Of a DNA stretch of 64,000 bases, positions 26,343-39,405 are shown piece after piece. Source of the DNA: Macrostomum hystrix (taxonomy: Eukaryota > Animalia > Platyhelminthes); assembly GCA_950097015.1 (NCBI GenBank), contig CATNEN010000037.1, positions 3,162,001 through 3,226,000 of the forward strand, given 5' to 3'. The notes under the pieces were generated by a model, which saw only the letters and a list, made by a program, of their open reading frames with translations, was not told the origin of the DNA and did not search any database. Each line of letters begins with the position of its first letter. Position 1 is the first letter of the stretch. Position numbers and translations under genes: made by a program.

Positions 26343-28400
26343 GACACGACTCTGTCTAACCTGACACGACTCTGTCTAACCTGACACAGCTCTGTCTAAC
26401 CTGACACGACTCTGTCTAACCTGACACAGCTCTGTATAACCTGACACGACTCTGTCTAACCTGACACAGCTCTGTATAACCTGACACGACTCTGTCTAAC
26501 CAGACGCAGCTCTGTGTAACCTGACACAACTCTGTCTAACCTGACACAGCTCTGTCTAACCTGACACAACTCTGTCTAACCAGACGCAGCTCTGTCTAAC
26601 CTGACACAACTCTGTCTAACCTGACACAGCTCTGTCTAACCTGACACGACTCTGTCTAACCTGACACGACTCTGTCTAACCAGACGCAGCTCTGTGTAAC
26701 CTGACACAACTCTGTCTAACCTGACACAACTCTGTCTAACCTGACACAACTCTGTGTAACCTGACACAACTCTGTCTAACCTGACACAGCTCTGTCTAAC
26801 CTGACACAACTCTGTCTAACCAGACGCAGCTCTGTGTAACCTGACACAGCTCTGTCTAACCTGACACAGCTCTGTCTAACCTGACACAACTCTGTCTAAC
26901 CTGACACGACTCTGTCTAACCTGACACAGCTCTGTCTAACCTGACACAACTCTGTCTAACCTGACACAACTCTGTCTAACCTGACACAACTCTGTCTAAC
27001 CAGACGCAGCTCTGTGTAACCTGACACAACTCTGTCTAACCTGACACAACTCTGTCTAACCTGACACAACTCTGTGTAACCTGACACAACTCTGTCTAAC
27101 CTGACACAGCTCTGTCTAACCTGACACAACTCTGTCTAACCAGACGCAGCTCTGTGTAACCTGACACAGCTCTGTCTAACCTGACACAGCTCTGTCTAAC
27201 CTGACACAACTCTGTCTAACCTGACACGACTCTGTCTAACCTGACACAGCTCTGTCTAACCTGACACAACTCTGTCTAACCTGACACAACTCTGTCTAAC
27301 CTGACACAACTCTGTCTAACCAGACACAGCTCTGTCTAACCTGACACAACTCTGTCTAACCTGACACGACTCTGTCTAACCTGACATAGCTCTGTCTAAC
27401 CTGACACAACTCTGTCTAACCTGACACAACTCTGTCTAACCTGACACAGCTCTGTCTAACCTGACACAGCTCTGTCTAACCTGACACGACTCTGTCTAAC
27501 CTGACACAGCTCTGTATAACCTGACACGACTCTGTCTAACCAGACGCAGCTCTGTCTAACCTGACACGACCCTGTCTAACCTGACACAGCTCTGTCTAAC
27601 CTGACACAGCTCTGTGTAACCTGACACGACTCTGTCTAACCTGACACAGCTCTGTCTAACCTGACACGACCCTGTCTAACCTGACACGACCCTGTCTAAC
27701 CTGACACAGCTCTGTGTAACCTGACACGACTCTGTCTAACCAGACACAACTCTGTGTAACCTGACACGACTCTGTCTAACCTGACACAACTCTGTCTAAC
27801 CTGACACATCTCTGTGTAACCTGACACGACTCTGTCTAACCTGACACAACTCTGTCTAACCTGACACATCTCTGTGTAACCTGACACGACTGTCTAACCT
27901 GACACGACTCTGTCTAACCTGACACGACTCTGTCTAACCTGACACAACTCTGTCTAACCTGACACATCTCTGTGTAACCTGACACGACTGTCTAACCTGA
28001 CACGACTGTCTAACCTGACACGACTCTGTCTAACCTGACACGACTCTGTCTAACCTAACACGACTCTGTCTAACCTGACACGACCCTGTCTAACCTGACA
28101 CAGCTCTGTCTAACCTGACACAGCTCTGTGTAACCTGACACGACTCTGTCTAACCTGACACAGCTCTGTCTAACCTGACACGACCCTGTCTAACCTGACA
28201 CGACCCTGTCTAACCTGACACAGCTCTGTGTAACCTGACACGACTCTGTCTAACCTGACACAACTCTGTCTAACCTGACACATCTCTGTGTAACCTGACA
28301 CGACTCTGTCTAACCTGACACATCTCTGTGTAACCTGACACGACTGTCTAACCTGACACAGCTCTGTCTAACCTGACACGACTCTGTCTAACCTGACACG
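26343..28400. repeat. 20-bp minisatellite (CTGACACGACTCTGTCTAAC), ~2 kb
   Basis: About 100 units with interleaved variants. Confidence 0.97.
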
Positions 28401-29012
28401 CTGCTGTCAAACATGTAACATCCCTGTCAAAAAAGACTAGCGTGACATATCATCTTTCTCAAACACTATATATCTTAATAAGTTAGAAATAGCAGAGTTT
28501 AATATATTCCTGAATTATGCACTTCATGGGTAATTTTTTTCGTTTTTAAACCATTGCAAGATCTCGGTAGTTGGAACTAGCTGTGTATTGCTGCTGTCAT
28601 TCATTCTCTGACGCAAATTGTTCCACGAACTTCGATTCGAAGAAGCGAATAGGAACAAAAAAGTTAATAAGTGGAAGTTGCGCTATCATAGGAGAGCCTG
28701 CCAGTGTATCAAGTTGCCATGACGAGGGCTCGGGAAGACAGAAGTGGCTCTTTGCTGCTTTTCTAGCCTTCTCAGGCTCGGCTCGACTTTGTGTCCCATT
28801 GCGGACACCGCATGGACTGTTTTGCTGTGTTCGCGTGCCCCCGACTTTGCCTTTTTGCTTTGCGCTTCTCTGCTTTTTCTTCTCTGTTGCTCATTTTCCC
28901 CCGCCTGGAACAGAATATTTTTGGGCATTTTTCGGAATCGAATATAGCTTGAAGATCTAGTAACAACATTTAGTGATCGAAACAAAGCTCTAGGACTGTT
29001 GATTCAACAGCT

Positions 29013-29410
29013 TTGAATGAATGAATGAATGAATGAATGAATGAATGAATGAATGAATGAATGAATGAATGAATGAATGAATGAATGAATGAATGAATGA
29101 ATGAATGAATGAATGAATGAATGAATGAATGAATGAATGAATGAATGAATGAATGAATGAATGAATGAATGAATTAGTGAATGAATGAATTAATGAATGA
29201 ATGAATGAGTGAATGAATGAATGAATGAATGAATGAATGAGTGAATGAATGAATGAATTAGTGAATGAATGAATTAATGAATTAATGAATGAGTGAATGA
29301 ATGAATGAATTAGTGAATGAATGAAAGAATGAATGAATGAATGAGTGAATGAATGAATAAATGAGTGAATGAATGAATGAATGAATGAATGAATGAACGA
29401 ATGAATGAAT
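29013..29410. repeat. (GAAT)n microsatellite
   Basis: Direct inspection; degenerates toward the 3' side. Confidence 0.97.
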
Positions 29411-29782
29411 AAAACAATTTTTTCTGTAGCTTTCAGGAAACTGATTCAATAGATAGTCAGTATGTGGTAAGTGTTTTTTTTCATTTTTTGTGTATTTAGG
29501 ATCAGTACATAAGCAAGGATTAAAGTAAAGGGAATCACAGGCTAAACCTTAATCCGTTTAATCCTCTCGTGAGCACATTGTAACACGATTTCATAAGCGA
29601 CAGTATTTGCTCATAGGTTTTATATTTTTAAACAATCTGGACTACTGCATTTAATTAGGTAAAACTTTTGTGTACAAATATTATTAAGAATTCAATTAAA
29701 CTACAGTTTTTTTAATTCTTTCATCTACGAAAAAAAACTGAAAATTTCCAGAGAAAATTTCTAGAATCGTTTTTGTATGCAG

Positions 29783-29805
29783 TAGCAGCAACAGCAGCAA
29801 CAGTA

Positions 29806-29841
<36 letters not shown>
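29783..29841. repeat. (CAG/CAA)n trinucleotide repeat
   Basis: Direct inspection. Confidence 0.9.
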
Positions 29842-29843
<2 letters not shown>

Positions 29844-30384
29844 GGTTCTAGTGAACTGTAATTTCCTCGCAGCCCTGTGACAGTCTGTAATCAACCTTAC
29901 GAGGAGGTCTCTGCCGTCTCTAGCTCAGGTGGGTCACTCGACGTATTAGGTAGAAATTACAGCGGCTAATTATCCGTCTTATTGTCCCACAGAGTCATAA
30001 TTACACGTCAGTTTTCTCTAGCCGAAGTTTGAAAGGCGAATTTAGTTTTCTGTCAAGCTACGGGCAAAGGCTGCAGGAGAAGCTGTGGAATGAAAGCATC
30101 TTTGGAGAAATGACAGCTTTCAGGAGGTGGGGTTGGGTCCTGAGAACAGCTCGAGTTAATTGAAGGCTAAAAAGGAAAGAATGGGACCTGGGCGGAGCAG
30201 ATGTTGGCTAAATATCACCGCCGACTCACGAAAAAGGAATTGGGAAATGTGCTCCGCCCGTGTGGCAGTCAGTGCGCGAATCATTTATTTCCTTGTCAGG
30301 CGATACCTTCGTGTAACGTAACTTGTTTTCTGACTGTCACTGTAGTTGATTACCATGGTAGATTCTGTCCATTATACTGACTCC

Positions 30385-30585
30385 TGAGCACACACGCTCA
30401 TACACAGGGTATGTACATCTCATCGTCAGGTAGAGTACATCTTCCCCGAGTCTTTGAAATTTCACGATAAGCCTCCAAGCCTTCTCTCCGCGGCTGCACT
30501 CTAAATAAATGTGGCCTCGCTACGGAATCGAGCTCAGGGACCTTGGTGCGAGAGGAAAACGCGTTAGGCCGCTCTGCCACCCACC
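30385..30585 (-). mobile_element. tRNA-derived SINE, family A
   Basis: Reverse complement reads GGTGGCAGAGCGG...CTCTCGCACCAAGGTCC...GCGAGGCCACATT...CAGCCGC.GAGAGAAGGCTT, homologous to 15848-16203. Confidence 0.75.
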
Positions 30586-31239
30586 AGTTGGTTGATTACC
30601 ATCCTTTAAATAATAACTTTTTAATAAATATTTAAACGTTCTTTAACGGAAAAATAAAAGTTTTCGATTGAAAATCAGCTAAAGTTATTTTATTCTCATC
30701 AACTAAAAACTAACGAAGTAACGAAGGTACAATAAGTCGTTACTCGCTCAACAACGAGCAGCAGACCTTCAAACTATCAAAATCCTGTTGTTTACCAGTC
30801 CCTCAGAAAATTTAACAGTCAGTCCTTCTCCTATTTTCCTAATTTATTCCACAATCGGGCTATATAACCGAGACGTGACGATAAATGCGACTTTCTGTTT
30901 TAATCCCTCAGGATTGAATAATGCTGAAAGAAGTATTTAATGTACAAATATATGCGTTCTGATACTGTCTTCTTTGAAAATTATTCAATAGATTTAATAT
31001 TGACTTTCGAGAGTAACAAGAAATCTAGTTAGAATTAGAAATTAATAGGAACTTCGGGTGAGAGAGAAAGCTGGGTAACAATAATCCCACAGTTTGACCC
31101 GAGTTTGCTCAGAGAACACGAAGCAGAAATCAGTTTCAATTAAAAATTTCTGGTGGAAAGAGCTAGGTAGCTGGTTATTCAATGAGATAAACACAATCTT
31201 CCAAAAACATTTCTAAAGGCAATGCAAATCTGATTCTCA

Positions 31240-31772
31240 ATTCGTCCGATTCCCATATTCAGCGGATTCCAAAGTCATCCGATTTCCCATTCGTCAGATT
31301 CCTATTTTTCGTCCGATTCCCAATTCTTCTGATTCCCAACTCGGCGGATTCCCAATTCGTCTGATTCCCAACTCGTCGGATTCCCAAATCTTCGGATTCC
31401 CAATTCTTCAGATTCCCAACTCGGCGGATTCCCAATTCGTCTGATTCCCAACTCGTCGGATTCCCAAATCGTCGGATTCCCAATTCTTCAGATTCCAAAT
31501 TCTTCAGATTCCCAAATCGTCGGATTCCCAATTCGTCTGATTCCCAACTCGGCGGATTACCAATTCGTCTGATTCTCAACTCGGCGGATTCCCAAATCGT
31601 CTGATTCCCAACTCGGCGGATTCCCAAATCGTCTGATTCCCAACTCGTCGGATTCCCAATTCGTCTGATTCGCATCTCGTCGGATTCCCAAATCGTCGGA
31701 TTCCCAATTCTTCAGATTCCCAATTCTTCAGATTCCCAAATCGTCGGATTCCCAATTCGTCTGATTCCCAAA
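31240..31772. repeat. Degenerate 15-16-bp minisatellite (ATTCCCAATTCGTCTG-type)
   Basis: Repeated GATTCCCAA core. Confidence 0.9.
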
Positions 31773-32044
31773 TCGGCTATGTAAAATAAGTCAGCTTCAA
31801 AGAGAGAATCGTTATATATACATTTGCACAGATTTGTGCATTTTGTTTTAATTTCTGACGGCGCAAATTATGGCGTAATTGTTAGCAAATATTAATTTGG
31901 ATTTAGTCAACACTTAGAATGGTTGTGAACAAGAGGACTCGACATTGACTGGAAGTGCACAGTAATAAATTAATTATTGCTAGTTTGAATAGCATATTTA
32001 AAGCTTGCTGGGTCGCCATTGGTTCCTAGAACAAAAAATAATTT

Positions 32045-32240
32045 TTCAAGTTTCTGCTTTACGCCTTATTCACCCAGCTGTTAAATGGGCACCAGCATCA
32101 GCTGGGGTAATTGATGGTGGGTGTGGTGTCTGCCCTGTCCATGGACTGAAAAGCCGTACACAGCCTTCAGATGCGCTGCGCAATAGCTGCGGCTGTGCTG
32201 TCGGCTGCACATCTGACCTAGCTTGGGTAGGTGTAATCAA
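32045..32240 (+). mobile_element. SINE family B fragment
   Basis: TTCACCCAGCTGTTAAATGGG...AGCTGGGGTAAT...GTCCATGGACTGAA, shared with copies near 15610 and 37300. Confidence 0.6.
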
Positions 32241-32878
32241 TTATTATCGTCCGAGCATATGCATAAAATATACAAGTATTTAGTTATGCGATAAAAAAAA
32301 TTAATTGCAACACCAAAACAGTTCGAAAGTAAAATTTAGACAATAGAAAAAGCAGGAAAAACAATACTCAGTATGTTAGTGAAATGTGATTTTTAATTTC
32401 TAAGCTATTTTGCATGATTTGTTCAAGAAACAACACGAGGCCGTTGACAACAACTTGGAACAGACTCAGATTAAGTGAGCACAACAACAAAATTCTTATA
32501 AAATTAATGATCGATCATGATCGGCTACCAGCTGTTTGAGAAAACTCAAATCTCATTGTGCCGCGAGTCGATTCAGTTAAACAAAATCCATTCTGTCGCC
32601 GACATTGCCCGCGAGGGCCACGAGAATGAGGAGATTGGGAAGGGGATAACGGTGTCAATGACCACTCAAACTCATCGGAGCTCATGTTCAACATAAATGT
32701 CTTCACCTCCGATTTTAAAATATCAACAAAATACACTTGTAGTTTAATCGAGCAGAACATTCGATTAAAATTCCAGGCCTAATCTCGTATTTAAAATTCT
32801 GATTTATTCTAGAAAGTTACTTTAGCAACCCCATACTACCGCAAACAGCATGCTAACAATATCCTCTGCTATGCGTAA

Positions 32879-33800
32879 TCACGGTGAGCAGTCAGTCAGA
32901 GGCAGCAGTGGCACCTGAGCTGCATCGCACTTCCCGCCACCGCCGTCTCCGCCGCTATCATCATAGCTACCACCTCCAGCAGTTCGGCGGCTCGTAGTAT
33001 CGACGGCTGACAATGGTGATGCGTCCAATGTCTGCTGCTGCTGCTGCTGCTGCTGAATCAGAGACGGCGAGTCCTGCGGCACCAGCGGCGCCGGCTCCTG
33101 CTTGCAGCGGCCCTGCCTCCGAGCTCTGTCGGTGTTTGTGTTCCTCAGATAATAGGCCTCACGTTCTCGGAGCTTCTCGCGCCTCTGCCGGGCCTGACGA
33201 AGGCAGTCGCAGCAGCAGATTAGGAGGGCCAGCTGCAACAGGCGGCACAGCAGGTCCTTGGCGTGGGCTCGGTACTGCGGTCCGGTCAGCAGGTAGATCA
33301 GAAAGTTCAGCGAATAGTGCGATATGGACACCTCGTCGATGATCTTCTTGATGCGAACGCTGAGGAAATAGTTGCGCCACTTGGCGTCCGTCATGACCAG
33401 CTCGTCTGGCAGAGTGTCGTTGCCATAGTTGTTCGTGTTCTGCAGCGCGTATACCATACCGGCTGGCAGTGAGGTCAGGATGACAAAGAAGGACACGCAG
33501 ACCAGGGTTACAGTTGTTGATCGAAAGCGTCTTTCAACACTGTCGGCCAGGAGGTCGCCATTTTCGCCGCTTTCGCGACCGCCACCGCCGTTGCCGCCGT
33601 CACCGCGAACAACAGCCGGGGTGAATCGCTTGCTGCTCTCTGTGATGCGGCGAAGCTCGCGCACAACCAGCAGATTGAAGGCCAAGGCGGTGACTGGCAC
33701 CATGCCGCTGAACAGAGTCTCCGTGATGACAGAGTACACAGTCCACATCGGGTTTGTCTCGGTGTTAAACACGCAAGTCTTGTTGGTTGTGTTGTAGTAC
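32879..33800 (-). CDS. Rhodopsin-class peptide GPCR, exon 2 (ECL2 to C-terminus; TM5-TM7)
   Basis: Acceptor ...TCTCTCAG| ends at 33801. Reads RYYNTTNKTC, TM5 (GMVPVTALAFNLLV), TM6 (TLVCVSFFVILTSLP), TM7 HYSLNFLIY and a Cys-rich/poly-Q tail. In frame with exon 1 (phase 2; total 1440 nt, 479 aa). Confidence 0.9.
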
Positions 33801-34512
33801 CTGAGAGATTAACGAGCCACATAAATCTTCCAATATACTAAAATCCCCTATACTAAAATCCCCTATACTAAAATTCACAACTATATTTCTATCTATATAT
33901 AGGAACCTTGGATTAACTTGACACTGCGTGGACCGAATTTCGTGGGGTTTTCTACATTCGATGCGTATTGTTTGCGCGCTAATTTCACGCGCTAATTACA
34001 CGTAATTTCACTAAAAAATTGCTGCATTCTAAATGGGATAAAAGTTCGAAAAACAAGATTTTTGCCATTTTTTGAAAGGTCAAACCATCTTGGCCTATTG
34101 AGAATTTCACTGACTGCCGCTGAATTGGAATTGCATCGTCAACTTGCGCAACACCCCCTAGCTGACTGAGTGAAGTGACTGACTGAGCCTGCACGATCTG
34201 GACACAAATTTGAAATAAATGTACACAACCTAAGTTACTCTATTTTCTCACTTCATTGTACAAAGCCAGAGCTTTGAGAATTCATTTTATAAGGCTGATT
34301 TTTGCATCCACAATCCAACAGTCGGAGTAGCCGATGTGTAGGCACTAGGAATAGGTTAGGCTAGGCTAGTCGAAGTGTCCCTGGTTCTACTCTGCACTGC
34401 GTCAAATCAATTAAACTAATTGTCAGTCAGTAGTGATGGATGCGAAGCGAAAATTTTTATTTACTTTTGAAAATATAGGGAAAACTTTCAATTTACTTCT
34501 GCATGGCAAAAT

Positions 34513-35148
34513 GAGAGTTTGAATCATGGCTAAACCAGAGTTTGAATCATGGCTAAACCAGAGTTTGAATCATGGCAAAAATGAGTTTGAATCAAGGCAA
34601 AATCAGAGTTTGAATCATGGCTAAACCAGAGTTTGAATCATGGCAAAAATGAGTTTGAATCAAGGCAAAATCAGAATTTGAATCATGGCAAAACCAGAGT
34701 TTGAATCATGGCTAAACCAGAGTTTGAATCATGGCTAAACCAGAGTTTGAATCATGGCAAAACAGAGTTTGAATCAAGGCAAAATCAGAGTTTGAATCAT
34801 GGCTAAACCAGCGTTTGAATCATGGCTAAACCAGAGTGTGAATCATGGCAAAACCAGAGTTTGAATCATGGCTAAACCAGAGTTTGAATCATGGCTAAAC
34901 CAGAGTGTGAATCATGGCAAAACCAGAGTTTGAATCATGGCTAAACCAGTGTTTGAATCATGGCTAAACCAGAGTTTGAATCATGGCTAAACCAGAGTTT
35001 GAATCATGGCTAAACCAGAGTTTGAATCATGGCAAAACCATAGTTTGAATCATGGCAAAATCAGAGTTTGAATCATGGCTAAACCAGCGTTTGAATCATG
35101 GCTAAACCAGAGTGTGAATCATGGCAAAATCAGAGTTTGAATCATGGA
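34513..35148. repeat. 23-bp minisatellite (CCAGAGTTTGAATCATGGCTAAA) in the GPCR intron
   Basis: Direct inspection. Confidence 0.93.
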
Positions 35149-35306
35149 AAAAATTTTCTTTTGTCATTGAATTGAATTCTCTACATTTTGATTTTGTTAT
35201 CTTACGAGTATAACGTCATAATGATATTTGTATGATAATAATTTGCCTATTATTCATTTAATTGTTGTTCTTCACAATTTTCTACAAAAGCAGCTAATAT
35301 AAAAAT

Positions 35307-35521
35307 TCAACTGGGGATCAACGTCAACTGGGGGATCATTGTCAACTGGGGGATCATTATCAACTGGGGGATCATCATCAACTGGGGGATCATTGTCAAC
35401 TGGGGGATCATTGTCAAGTGGGGGATCATCATCAACTGGGGGATCATCATCAACTGGGGGATCATTGTCAACTGGGGGATCATTGTCAACTGGGGGATCA
35501 TTGTCAACTGGGGGATCATTG
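35307..35521. repeat. 18-bp minisatellite (TCAACTGGGGGATCATTG) in the GPCR intron
   Basis: Direct inspection. Confidence 0.93.
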
Positions 35522-35647
35522 TAGCTTAAAAAAGGCTGAAAATACAGCTGCCAAAAGTATATACTAAACTAATTAAAATTATTTCTGCTCCCCGAAGGGG
35601 GCAAATCAAAGTTTGAAATATTCGAAAAATCGTTTTCCTAGAATTAC

Positions 35648-36165
35648 CTGAACTCTAACGAGATGAGGCTCCACAGTCCGACAGCCGCCATCATGGCGAC
35701 GGTGACGAAGCAGGCTCGCCTTGGCGTGCAGAGCGAATCGCGTCGGAATGGAAAACAGATTGCAATCCAGCGCTCCACTGTGAAGCATAGAACCAGGGCT
35801 GGCGACAGGTACTGGGCCGTAAGCAGCAGCACGGGAATCAGGGTGCAGCTCATCATGTTCTCGTAGTTGAAACCCCAGGCCTCGCGCAGTTCTTGAAACG
35901 GATGCATGGCCAGGAATAGCAGGTCCCAGACTGATAGGGCGGCCAGGTACACAGCTGACGAGTTGTCGCGTCGCACCTTCGGCTTCATCCAGACGCAGGC
36001 GCTGAGCAAGTTACCAAATAATCCCAGGGCGTACCAAAGCGGCGTGATGCTCCGATCAATCAGCAAAATTGTGGGATCGAAGCGTTCAAACAGTTGCACC
36101 ATTGTGGCGTAACGGGACCGCATCGAGCTGTTGTTGCTGTCGGTTATAATGTCTGAGACTGTCAT
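35648..36165 (-). CDS. Rhodopsin-class peptide GPCR (FMRFamide/myosuppressin/sex-peptide receptor-like), exon 1 (TM1-TM4)
   Basis: GLFGNLLS (TM1), YLAALSVWDL (TM2), SC..LTAQYLS..TVERWIAICFP (TM3, ERW motif). Donor AG|GTAAT at 35647. Confidence 0.9.
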
Positions 36166-36237
36166 GGTGTGGTGGCCTTGTGCTGCGTCTGCAATCGTGT
36201 GGTCAGGTTGTGCTTGGCAACTTCAGCATGAGAAAAA

Positions 36238-37188
36238 GAGGACTCAGATGGGAGTTTGAGAACTCAGACAGGAGTTTGAGAACTCAGACAGGAGTTTGAG
36301 AACTCAGACAGGAGTTTGAGGACTCAGATGGGAGTTTGAGGACTCAGACAGGAGTTTGAGGACTCAGACAGGAGTTTGAGAACTCAGACAGGAGTTTGAG
36401 AACTCAGACAGGAGTTTGAGTACTCAGATGGGAGTTTGAGGACTCAGATGGGAGTTTGAGGACTCAGATGGGAGTTTGAGGACTCAGACAGGAGTTTGAG
36501 GACTCAGACAGGAGTTTGAGAACTCAGACAGGAGTTTGAGTACTCAGACAGGAGTTTGAGGACTCAGACCGGAGTTTGAGAACTCAGACAGGAGTTTGAG
36601 AACTCAGACAGGAGTTTGAGAACTCAGACAGGAGTTTGAGAACTCAGACAGGAGTTTGAGAACTCAGACAGGAGTTTGAGAACTCAGACAGGAGTTTGAG
36701 AACTCAGACAGGAGTTTGAGAACTCAGACAGGAGTTTGAGAACTCAGACCGGAGTTTGAGGACTCAGACAGGAGTTTGAGGACTCAGATGGGAGTTTGAG
36801 GACTCAGACAGGAGTTTGAGAGCTCAGACCGGAGTTTGAGGACTCAGACAGGAGTTTGAGGACTCAGACCGGAGTTTGAGAACTCAGACAGGAGTTTGAG
36901 AACTCAGACAGGAGTTTGAGAACTCAGACAGGAGTTTGAGAACTCAGACAGGAGTTTGAGAACTCAGACAGGAGTTTGAGAACTCAGACAGGAGTTTGAG
37001 AACTCAGACAGGAGTTTGAGAACTCAGACAGGAGTTTGAGAACTCAGACAGGAGTTTGAGAACTCAGACAGGAGTTTGAGAACTCAGACAGGAGTTTGAG
37101 AACTCAGACAGGAGTTTGAGAACTCAGACAGGAGTTTGAGGACTCAGACAGGAGTTTGAGGACTCAGACCGGAGTTTGAGGACTCAGA
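36238..37188. repeat. 20-bp minisatellite (AACTCAGACAGGAGTTTGAG)
   Basis: About 47 units, beginning ~70 bp upstream of the GPCR ATG. Confidence 0.96.
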
Positions 37189-37199
37189 TACAGAGATGT

Positions 37200-37410
37200 C
37201 TCAACGAATTGACTCACGAATTGAAGGTCTGGTGTTCGATTCCCGACTCCAACTAAACAATTTGTGTCCTTTAGCAAGACACTTAACTATGTTTAGCTTC
37301 ATTCCACCCAGCTGTTAAACTGAAAACAGCATTAGCTGAGGTAATAACAGAGGGTGGATGTGGCGTGCCCCCCAGTCCATGGACTGAACAGCCGTTCGCA
37401 GCCTCTTTAA
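37200..37410 (+). mobile_element. SINE family B (tRNA head plus CORE/Meta-like central domain)
   Basis: B box GTTCGATTCC (~37233) followed by GTGTCCTTTAGCAAGACACTTAAC...CCACCCAGCTGTTAAA. The domain-family assignment is from memory and uncertain. Confidence 0.65.
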
Positions 37411-38506
37411 TCAATTATTATATTTTTTCTCATCCTAAAACTCATTTAAAGGATGCTTCAATATCCATTTAGATTTTCAAACTCTATACTTAATACCAAC
37501 GATACTATAGTTAGAGTATTAGTTATGCTTACTCTATGCTTAGTCGCACAATGCATCAGTTCGCTAAAATCCCTACAGACTAAAATCCGCCTAGATGTCC
37601 TATCCGTTGCTGCAACAGCGAGGGAAAATTATTACAGGGTTAATTTCATTAGAAAATAGGAGACGCAGTCCAGTATGTCTGGTGGGCATATCTACTCAGT
37701 GCGCGAGCTCACACATGGAGCTCAGTCAGCCGAGAATCCGACAGCCTTCCTATTTTAGCGGCCAGTCTTGTTCCTTCTTTAGAATTTCGGCTTCTATAGA
37801 TGCGGAGCTGTTGCTCATTGAAAAAATCGGAAACTAGGAAAAAAATATTTCACAATCCCTTAAACAGGAGAAAGACCTCGGTGTATTCATACACTCACAT
37901 TATTTCTGCATTCTGCATCTCTAAAAATATTCATCCAGACGACATAAAACTACAGAACACGGGCAAAACATTTCCGCCCTATGCGACGAAAAGGACTTCC
38001 AGAATCACAAAACATCGGCATTGTCGAGATATTGAATGATTCTCGTCGGGGTGTGTGGTGGCAAAAGCTTTTCTGATATTTTCTATAGTAAGCCAGTTAT
38101 TTAGCTAGGTCTTGGAGACAAGTTTGTTCATCGTTTAGTCTCAGTGTGGCTCAACTTCTAGACGCCAGAACAGGATGTGAGCTTGGCAAGTTGAGATGAA
38201 AAAATCACCCGGTAGGTTGAGTTAAGACTTAAAGACTGAAAAAGTGCGCACAAAGACACTCGTTTTCTAGGCTAAACTAAAAGCCAAGAAGCTCTAGATT
38301 TGCACTAAAAAGTTTCTTGAATGAAAAATGCTACTTTCACCTGTCAAAACTGTTATTTGTGGTAATTTGTTTCCTCTTTAGAAGCAGGCTTTTTAAAGAG
38401 TTGATTTAATTTTCAAACTAATAACGCATTAATAAATTTTTTTTGGATTAACAGACTTGGCCCGTAGGCTGCTGCCCCCTCAGAATCCGAAAATTCGACA
38501 CCTTAT

Positions 38507-39405
38507 CCCTGCCCCATCTCTCCCCTGCCCCATCTCTCCCCTGCCCCATCTCTCCCCTGCCCCATCTCTCCCCTGCCCCATCTCTCCCCTGCCCCATCTC
38601 TCCCCTGCCCCATCTCTCCCCTGCCCCATCTCTCCCCTGCCCCATCTCTCCACTGCCCCATCTCTCCCCTGCCCCATCTCTCCCCTGCCCCATCTCTCCC
38701 CTGCCCCATCTCTCCCCTGCCCCATCTCTCCAATGCATCATCTCTCCCCTGCCTCATCTTTCCCCTGCCCCATCTCTCCCCTGCCCCATCTCTCCAATGC
38801 ATCATCTCTCCCCTGCCTCATCTCTCCCTTGCCCCATCTCTCCCCTGCCCCATCTCTCCCCTGCCCCATCTCTCCCCTGCCCCATCTCTCCCCTGCCCCA
38901 TCTCTCCCCTGCCCCATCTCTCCCCTGCCCCATCTCTCCCCTGCCCCATCTCTCCCCTGCCCCATCTCTCCAATGCATCATCTCTCCCCTGCCCCATCTC
39001 TCCCCTGCCTCATCTCTCCAATGCATCATCTCTCCAATGCATCATCTCTCCCCTGCCTCATCTCTCCCCTGCCTCATCTCTCCCCTGCCTCATCTCTCCC
39101 CTGCCTCATCTCTCCCCTGCCTCATCTCTCCCCTGCCCCATCTCTCCCCTGCCTCATCTCTCCCCTGCCTCATCTCTCCCCTGCCTCATCTCTCCCCTGC
39201 CTCATCTCTCCCCTGCCTCATCTCTCCCCTGCCTCATCTCTCCCCTGCCTCATCTCTCCCCTGCCTCATCTCTCCCCTGCCTCATCTCTCCCCTGCCTCA
39301 TCTCTCCCCTGCCTCATCTCTCCCCTGTCTCATCTCTCCCCTGTCCCATCTCCCCTGTCTCATCTCTCCCCTGTCTCATCTCTCCCCTGTCCCATCTCTC
39401 CCCGT
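38507..39405. repeat. 16-bp pyrimidine-rich minisatellite (CTGCCCCATCTCTCCC)
   Basis: 16-aa periodic ORFs (three units each). Confidence 0.95.

Noticed and set aside
26343-28400. Regular 20-37-bp repeats superficially resembling CRISPR arrays
   Set aside because: Units are head-to-tail with no unique spacers, there are no cas genes, and the context is eukaryotic.
28946-28990. Hammerhead-like AGC-TTGAAGA-TC...GATC-GAAAC-AAAGCT just before (GAAT)n
   Set aside because: C3 is replaced and there is no U16.1 after GAAA, so the core is incomplete. At most a dead relic.
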